In this document: positions 56,030 to 64,000 of the stretch, in pieces
Layout: each line of letters starts with the position of its first letter
Numbering within the stretch: position 1 is the first letter of the stretch
Source of the DNA: Eledone cirrhosa
Lineage: Eukaryota
Direction of reading: 5' to 3'
Length of the DNA: 64,000 bases
Assembly: GCA_964016885.1 (NCBI GenBank)
Contig: OZ024748.1
Span: 40,734,001-40,798,000 of the forward strand
Made by a program: the position numbers and the translations under genes
Notes under the pieces: generated by a model
Told to the model about the DNA's origin: nothing
The model's input: the letters and a program-made list of their open reading frames with translations, nothing else
Database searches by the model: none

Positions 56030-59000
56030 GTTACTAACTTCCAAGCTAGATGGTGTTACTGACTTCCAAGCTAGATGGTGTTACTAACTTCCAAGCTAGA
56101 TGGTGTTACTAACTTTCAAGCTAGATGGTGTTACTAACTTTCAAGCTAGATGGTGTTACTAACTTCCAAGCTAGATGGTGTTACTAACTTTCAAGCTAGA
56201 TGGTGTTACTAACTTCCAAGGTAGATGGTGTTACTAACTTCCAAGCTAGATGGTGTTACAAACTTCAAAGCTAGATGGTGTTACTAACTTCCAAGCTAGA
56301 TGGTGTTACTAACTTTCAAGCTAGATGGTGTTACTAACTTCCAAGCTAGATGGTGTTACTAACTTCCAAGCTAGATGGTGTTACTAACTTCCAAGCAAGA
56401 TGGTGTTACTAACTTTCAAGCTAGATGGTGTTACTAACTTTCAAGCTAGATGGTGTTACTAACTTCCAAGCTAGATGGTGTTACTAACTTTCAAGCTAGA
56501 TGGTGTTACTAACTTCAAAGCTAGATGGTGTTACTAACTTTCAAGCTAGATGGTGTTACTAACTTCCAAGCTAGATGGTGTTACTAACTTCCAAGCTAGA
56601 TGGTGTTACTAACTTCAAAGCTAGATGGTGTTACTAACTTTCAAGCTAGATGGTGTTACTAACTTTCAAGCTAGATGGTGTTACTAACTTCCAAGCTAGA
56701 TGGTGTTACTAACTTCCAAGCTAGATGGTGTTACTAACTTCCAAGCTAGATGGTGTTACTAACTTTCAAACTAGATGGTGTTACTAACTTTCAAGCTAGA
56801 TGGTGTTACTAACTTTCAAGCTAGATGGTGTTACTAACTTCCAAGCTAGATGGTGTTACTAACTTCAAAGCTAGATGGTGTTACTAACTTTCAAGCTAGA
56901 TGGTGTTACTAACTTCAAAGCTAGATGGTGTTACTAACTTCCAAGCTAGATGGTGTTACTAACTTTCAAACTAGATGGTGTTACTAACTTTCAAGGTAGA
57001 TGGTGTTACTAACTTTCGAGCTAGATGGTGTTACTAACTTCCAAGCTAGATGGTGTTACTAACTTCAAAGCTAGATGGTGTTACTAACTTCAAAGCTAGA
57101 TGGTGTTACTAACTTTCAAGCTAGATGGTGTTACTAACTTTCAAGCTAGATGGTGTTACTAACTTCCAAGCTAGATGGTGTTACTAACTTCAAAGCTAGA
57201 TGGTGTTATTAACTTACAAGCTAGATGGTGTTACTAACTTCCAAGCTAGATGGTGTTACTAACTTCCAAGCTAGATAGTGTTACTAACTTTCAAGCTAGA
57301 TGGTGTTACTAACTTTCAAGCTAGATGGTGTTACTAACTTCCAAGCTAGATGGTGTTACTAACTTTCAAGCTAGATGGTGTTACTAACTTCCAAGCTAGA
57401 TGGTGTTACTAACTTTCAAGCTAGATGGTGTTACTAACTTTCAAGCTAGATGGTGTTACTAACTTCCAAGCTAGATGGTGTTACTAACTTCAAAGCTAGA
57501 TGGTGTTACTAACTTCAAGCTAGATGGTGTTACTAACTTTCAAGCTAGATGGTGTTACTAACTTCAAAGCTAGATGGTGTTACTAACTTCCAAGCTAGAT
57601 GGTGTTACTAACTTTCAAACTAGATGGTGTTACTAACTTTCAAGGTAGATGGTGTTACTAACTTCCAAGCTAGATGGTGTTACTAACTTTCGAGCTAGAT
57701 GGTGTTACTAACTTCCAAGCTAGATGGTGTTACTAACTTCCAAGCTAGATGGTGTTACTAACTTTCAAGCTAAATGGTGTTACTAACTTTCAAGCTAGAT
57801 GGTGTTACTAACTTCCAAGCTAGATGGTGTTACTAACTTCAAAGCTAGATGGTGTTATTAACTTCCAAGCTAGATGGTGTTACTAACTTCCAAGCTAGAT
57901 GGTGTTACTAACTTCCAAGCTAGATAGTGTTACTAACTTTCAAGCTAGATGGTGTTACTAACTTTCAAGCTAGATGGTGTTACTAACTTCCAAGCTAGAT
58001 GGTGTTACTAACTTTCAAGCTAGATGGTGTTACTAACTTTCAAGCTAGATGGTGTTACTAACTTTCAAGCTAGATGGTGTTACTAACTTTCAAGCTAGAT
58101 GGTGTTACTAACTTTCAAGCTAGATGGTGTTACTAACTTCCAAGCTAGATGGTGTTACTAACTTCAAAGCTAGATGGTGTTATTAACTTCCAAGCTAGAT
58201 GGTGTTACTAACTTCCAAGCTAGATGGTGTTACTAACTTCCAAGCTAGATAGTGTTACTAACTTTCAAGCTAGATGGTGTTACTAACTTTCAAGCTAGAT
58301 GGTGTTACTAACTTTCAAGCTAGATGGTGTTACTAACTTCCAAGCTAGATGGTGTTACTAACTTCAAAGCTAGATGGTGTTATTAACTTCCAAGCTAGAT
58401 GGTGTTACTAACTTCAAGGCTAGATGGTGTTACTAACTTCAAGGCTAGATGGTGTTACTAACTTTCAAGCTAGATGGTATTACTAACTTCAAAGCTAGAT
58501 GGTGTTACTAACTTCAAAGCTAGATGGTGTTATTAACTTCCAAGCTAGATGGTGTTACTAACTTTCAAGCTAGATGGTGTTACTAACTTCCAAGCTAGAT
58601 GGTGTTACTAACTTTCAAGCTAGATGGTGTTACTAACTTTCAAGCTAGATGGTGTTACTAACTTCCAAGCTAGATGGTGTTACTAACTTCAAAGCTAGAT
58701 GGTGTTACTAACTTCAAAGCTAGATGGTGTTACTAACTTCCAAGCTAGATGGTGTTACTAACTTCAAAGCTAGATGGTGTTACTAACTTCAAAGCTAGAT
58801 GGTGTTACTAACTTCCAAGCTAGATGGTGTTACTGACTTCCAAGCTAGATGGTGTTACTAACTTCCAAGCTAGATGGTGTTACTAACTTTCAAGCTAGAT
58901 GGTGTTACTAACTTTCAAGCTAGATGGTGTTACTAACTTCCAAGCTAGATGGTGTTACTAACTTTCAAGCTAGATGGTGTTACTAACTTCCAAGGTAGAT

Positions 59001-61560
59001 GGTGTTACTAACTTCCAAGCTAGATGGTGTTACAAACTTCAAAGCTAGATGGTGTTACTAACTTCCAAGCTAGATGGTGTTACTAACTTTCAAGCTAGAT
59101 GGTGTTACTAACTTCCAAGCTAGATGGTGTTACTAACTTCCAAGCTAGATGGTGTTACTAACTTCCAAGCTAGATGGTGTTACTAACTTTCAAGCTAGAT
59201 GGTGTTACTAACTTTCAAGCTAGATGGTGTTACTAACTTCCAAGCTAGATGGTGTTACTAACTTTCAAGCTAGATGGTGTTACTAACTTCAAAGCTAGAT
59301 GGTGTTACTAACTTTCAAGCTAGATGGTGTTACTAACTTCCAAGCTAGATGGTGTTACTAACTTCCAAGCTAGATGGTGTTACTAACTTCAAAGCTAGAT
59401 GGTGTTACTAACTTTCAAGCTAGATGGTGTTACTAACTTTCAAGCTAGATGGTGTTACTAACTTCCAAGCTAGATGGTGTTACTAACTTCCAAGCTAGAT
59501 GGTGTTACTAACTTCCAAGCTAGATGGTGTTACTAACTTTCAAACTAGATGGTGTTACTAACTTTCAAGCTAGATGGTGTTACTAACTTTCAAGCTAGAT
59601 GGTGTTACTAACTTCCAAGCTAGATGGTGTTACTAACTTCAAAGCTAGATGGTGTTACTAACTTTCAAGCTAGATGGTGTTACTAACTTCAAAGCTAGAT
59701 GGTGTTACTAACTTCCAAGCTAGATGGTGTTACTAACTTTCAAACTAGATGGTGTTACTAACTTTCAAGGTAGATGGTGTTACTAACTTTCGAGCTAGAT
59801 GGTGTTACTAACTTCCAAGCTAGATGGTGTTACTAACTTCAAAGCTAGATGGTGTTACTAACTTCAAAGCTAGATGGTGTTACTAACTTTCAAGCTAGAT
59901 GGTGTTACTAACTTTCAAGCTAGATGGTGTTACTAACTTCCAAGCTAGATGGTGTTACTAACTTCAAAGCTAGATGGTGTTATTAACTTACAAGCTAGAT
60001 GGTGTTACTAACTTCCAAGCTAGATGGTGTTACTAACTTCCAAGCTAGATAGTGTTACTAACTTTCAAGCTAGATGGTGTTACTAACTTTCAAGCTAGAT
60101 GGTGTTACTAACTTCCAAGCTAGATGGTGTTACTAACTTTCAAGCTAGATGGTGTTACTAACTTCCAAGCTAGATGGTGTTACTAACTTTCAAGCTAGAT
60201 GGTGTTACTAACTTTCAAGCTAGATGGTGTTACTAACTTCCAAGCTAGATGGTGTTACTAACTTCAAAGCTAGATGGTGTTACTAACTTCAAGCTAGATG
60301 GTGTTACTAACTTTCAAGCTAGATGGTGTTACTAACTTCAAAGCTAGATGGTGTTACTAACTTCCAAGCTAGATGGTGTTACTAACTTTCAAACTAGATG
60401 GTGTTACTAACTTTCAAGGTAGATGGTGTTACTAACTTCCAAGCTAGATGGTGTTACTAACTTTCGAGCTAGATGGTGTTACTAACTTCCAAGCTAGATG
60501 GTGTTACTAACTTCCAAGCTAGATGGTGTTACTAACTTTCAAGCTAAATGGTGTTACTAACTTTCAAGCTAGATGGTGTTACTAACTTCCAAGCTAGATG
60601 GTGTTACTAACTTCAAAGCTAGATGGTGTTATTAACTTCCAAGCTAGATGGTGTTACTAACTTCCAAGCTAGATGGTGTTACTAACTTCCAAGCTAGATA
60701 GTGTTACTAACTTTCAAGCTAGATGGTGTTACTAACTTTCAAGCTAGATGGTGTTACTAACTTCCAAGCTAGATGGTGTTACTAACTTTCAAGCTAGATG
60801 GTGTTACTAACTTTCAAGCTAGATGGTGTTACTAACTTTCAAGCTAGATGGTGTTACTAACTTTCAAGCTAGATGGTGTTACTAACTTTCAAGCTAGATG
60901 GTGTTACTAACTTCCAAGCTAGATGGTGTTACTAACTTCAAAGCTAGATGGTGTTATTAACTTCCAAGCTAGATGGTGTTACTAACTTCCAAGCTAGATG
61001 GTGTTACTAACTTCCAAGCTAGATAGTGTTACTAACTTTCAAGCTAGATGGTGTTACTAACTTTCAAGCTAGATGGTGTTACTAACTTTCAAGCTAGATG
61101 GTGTTACTAACTTCCAAGCTAGATGGTGTTACTAACTTCAAAGCTAGATGGTGTTATTAACTTCCAAGCTAGATGGTGTTACTAACTTCAAGGCTAGATG
61201 GTGTTACTAACTTCAAGGCTAGATGGTGTTACTAACTTTCAAGCTAGATGGTATTACTAACTTCAAAGCTAGATGGTGTTACTAACTTCAAAGCTAGATG
61301 GTGTTATTAACTTCCAAGCTAGATGGTGTTACTAACTTTCAAGCTAGATGGTGTTACTAACTTCCAAGCTAGATGGTGTTACTAACTTTCAAGCTAGATG
61401 GTGTTACTAACTTTCAAGCTAGATGGTGTTACTAACTTCCAAGCTAGATGGTGTTACTAACTTCAAAGCTAGATGGTGTTACTAACTTCAAAGCTAGATG
61501 GTGTTACTAACTTCCAAGCTAGATGGTGTTACTAACTTCAAAGCTAGATGGTGTTACTAA
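56030..61560. repeat. Higher-order tandem duplication in array B, 2774 bp (111 monomers, one of them 24 bp), two copies
   Basis: The ACAAG variant occurs at 57216 and 59990. The 24-bp monomer AACTTCAAGC occurs at 57511 and 60285. GTTACAAAC occurs near 56255 and 59029. All offsets are 2774. Confidence 0.9.
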
Positions 61561-64000
61561 CTTCAAAGCTAGATGGTGTTACTAACTTTCAAGCTAGATG
61601 GTGTTACTAACTTTCAAGCTAGATGGTGTTACTAACTTCAAAGCTAGATGGTGTTACTAACTTCAAAGCTAGATGGTGTTACTAACTTCAAAGCTAGATG
61701 GTGTTACTAACTTCCAAGCTAGATGGTGTTACTGACTTCCAAGCTAGATGGTGTTACTAACTTCCAAGCTAGATGGTGTTACTAACTTTCAAGCTAGATG
61801 GTGTTACTAACTTTCAAGCTAGATGGTGTTACTAACTTCCAAGCTAGATGGTGTTACTAACTTCCAAGCTAGATGGTGTTACTAACTTCCAAGCTAGATG
61901 GTGTTACTAACTTTAAGGCTAGATGGTGTTACTAACTTTCAAGCTAGATGGTGTTACTAACTTCCAAGCTAGATGGTGTTACTAACTTCAAGGCTAGATG
62001 GTGTTACTAACTTTCAAGCTAGATGGTGTTACTGACTTCCAAGCTAGATGGTGTTACTAACTTCCAAGCTAGATGGTGTTACTAACTTCCAAGCTAGATG
62101 GTGTTACTAACTTCAAGGCTAGATGGTGTTACTAACTTCAAGGCTAGATGGTGTTACTAACTTTCAAGCTAGATGGTATTACTAACTTCAAAGCTAGATG
62201 GTGTTACTAACTTCAAAGCTAGATGGTGTTATTAACTTCCAAGCTAGATGGTGTTACTAACTTTCAAGCTAGATGGTGTTACTAACTTCCAAGCTAGATG
62301 GTGTTACTAACTTTCAAGCTAGATGGTGTTACTAACTTTCAAGCTAGATGGTGTTACTAACTTCCAAGCTAGATGGTGTTACTAACTTCAAAGCTAGATG
62401 GTGTTACTAACTTCAAAGCTAGATGGTGTTACTAACTTCAAAGCTAGATGGTGTTACTAACTTCCAAGCTAGATGGTGTTACTAACTTCAAAGCTAGATG
62501 GTGTTACTAACTTCAAAGCTAGATGGTGTTACTAACTTTCAAACTAGATGGTGTTACTAACTTTCAAGGTAGATGGTGTTACTAACTTCCAAGCTAGATG
62601 GTGTTACTAACTTTCGAGCTAGATGGTGTTACTAACTTCCAAGCTAGATGGTGTTATTAACTTTCAAGATAGATGGTGTTACTAACTTCCAAGCTAGATG
62701 GTGTTACTAACTTCCAAGCTAGATGGTGTTACTAACTTCCAAGCTAGATGGTGTTACTAACTTCCAAGCTAGATGGTGTTACTAACTTTCAAGCTAGATG
62801 GTGTTACTAACTTTCAAGCTAGATGGTGTTACTAACTTCCAAGCTAGATGGTGTTACTAACTTCCAAGCTAGATGGTGTTACTAACTTTCAAGCTAGATG
62901 GTGTTACTGACTTCCAAGCTAGATGGTGTTACTAACTTCCAAGCTAGATGGTATTACTAACTTCCAAGCTAGATGGTGTTACTAACTTCCAAGCTAGATG
63001 GTGTTACTAACTTCCAAGCTAGATGGTGTTACTAACTTTCAAGCTAGATGGTGTTACTGACTTCCAAGCTAGATGGTGTTACTAACTTTCAAGCTAGATG
63101 GTGTTACTAACTTCCAAGCTAGATGGTGTTACTAACTTCCAAGCTAGATGGTGTTACTAACTTCCAAGCTAGATGGTGTTACTAACTTCTAAGCTAGATG
63201 GTCTTACTAATTTCCAAGCTAGATGGTGTTAGTAACTTCCAAGCTAGATGGGGTTAGTAACTTCTAAGCTAGATGGTGTTACTAACTTCCAAGCTAGATG
63301 GTGTTACTAACTTCCAAGCTAGATGGTGTTACTAACTTCCAAGCTAGATGGTGTTACTAACTTCAAAGCTAGATGGTGTTACTAACTTCCAAGCTAGATG
63401 GTGTTACTAACTTCAAAGCTAGATGGTGTTACTAACTTCAAAGCTAGATGGTGTTACTAACTTCCAAGCTAGATGGTGTTACTAACTTCCAAGCTAGATG
63501 GTGTTACTAACTTCCAAGCTAGATGGTGTTACTAACTTCCAAGCTAGATGGTGTTACTAACTTTCAAGCTAGATGGTGTTACTAACTTCAAAGGTAGATG
63601 GTGTTACTAACTTTCAAGCTAGATGGTGTTACTAACTTCCAAGCTAGATGGTGTTACTAACTTCCAAGCTAGATGGTGTTACTAACTTTCAAGCTAGATG
63701 GTGTTACTAACTTCAAAGCTAGATGGTGTTACTAACTTCCAAGCTAGATGGTGTTACTAACTTCCAAGCTAGATGGTGTTACTAACTTCCAAGCTAGATG
63801 GTGTTACTAACTTCCAAGCTAGATGGTGTTACTAACTTTCAAGCTAGATGGTGTTACTAACTTTCAAGCTAGATGGTGTTACTAACTTCCAAGCTAGATG
63901 GTGTTACTAACTTTCAAGCTAGATGGTGTTACTAAATTCCAAGCTAGATGGTGTTACTAACATTCAAGCTAGATGGTGTTACTAACTTTCAAGCTAGATG

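Larger units (their letters stand above)
37445..64000. repeat. Satellite array B: 25-bp monomer TAACTT[CC/TC/CA]AAGCTAGATGGTGTTAC, about 1060 copies, open at the right window edge
   Basis: Read directly. The period is 25 bp (xxAAGCTAGA at 37501, 37526, 37551). There are three common variants at monomer positions 7-8, rarer ones (CAAGG, TCGAG, TCAAA, GGTAGA, GTTATT, ACTGAC), and a few 1-bp-shortened monomers. Confidence 0.99.

Noticed and set aside
63250-63257. GGGTTAG, resembling the canonical TTAGGG telomere repeat
   Set aside because: It is a single occurrence produced by two substitutions in one monomer, with no tandem telomeric tract.
1-64000. Assignment as a functional centromere or to a named satellite family or species
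   Set aside because: I do not recognise either monomer as a named family and saw no CENP-B box. Centromere function cannot be determined from sequence alone and needs CENP-A/CENH3 data and a Dfam, Repbase or BLAST search.

Overview
The window contains only tandem-repeat (satellite-like) DNA. I found no credible genes, RNA genes, mobile elements or CRISPR array. Positions 1-37244 are a head-to-tail array of a 41-bp monomer (consensus GGTGCTCCTTTGTAGACTGATTGGCAGCACACCATCCTTCA, about 51% GC, 908 full copies plus 18 bp). A 200-N scaffold gap (37245-37444) follows. Positions 37445-64000 are an array of a different 25-bp monomer (TAACTT[CC/TC/CA]AAGCTAGATGGTGTTAC, 36-40% GC, about 1060 copies). Both arrays run off the window edges and are very homogeneous. 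Rare variant monomers mark kilobase-scale higher-order duplications in both: 52/48, 85, 101-102 and about 180 monomers in array A; about 111-113 and 252 monomers in array B. The architecture suggests eukaryotic heterochromatic, centromeric or subtelomeric satellite in a scaffolded long-read assembly, but this is inference. The most interesting observations are a shared 8-10 bp core ((A)ACACCATC / GATGGTGT(T)) in opposite orientation in the two satellites, variation concentrated in a short segment of each monomer, and nested higher-order repeats. The sequence alone does not support a novel protein-coding system.
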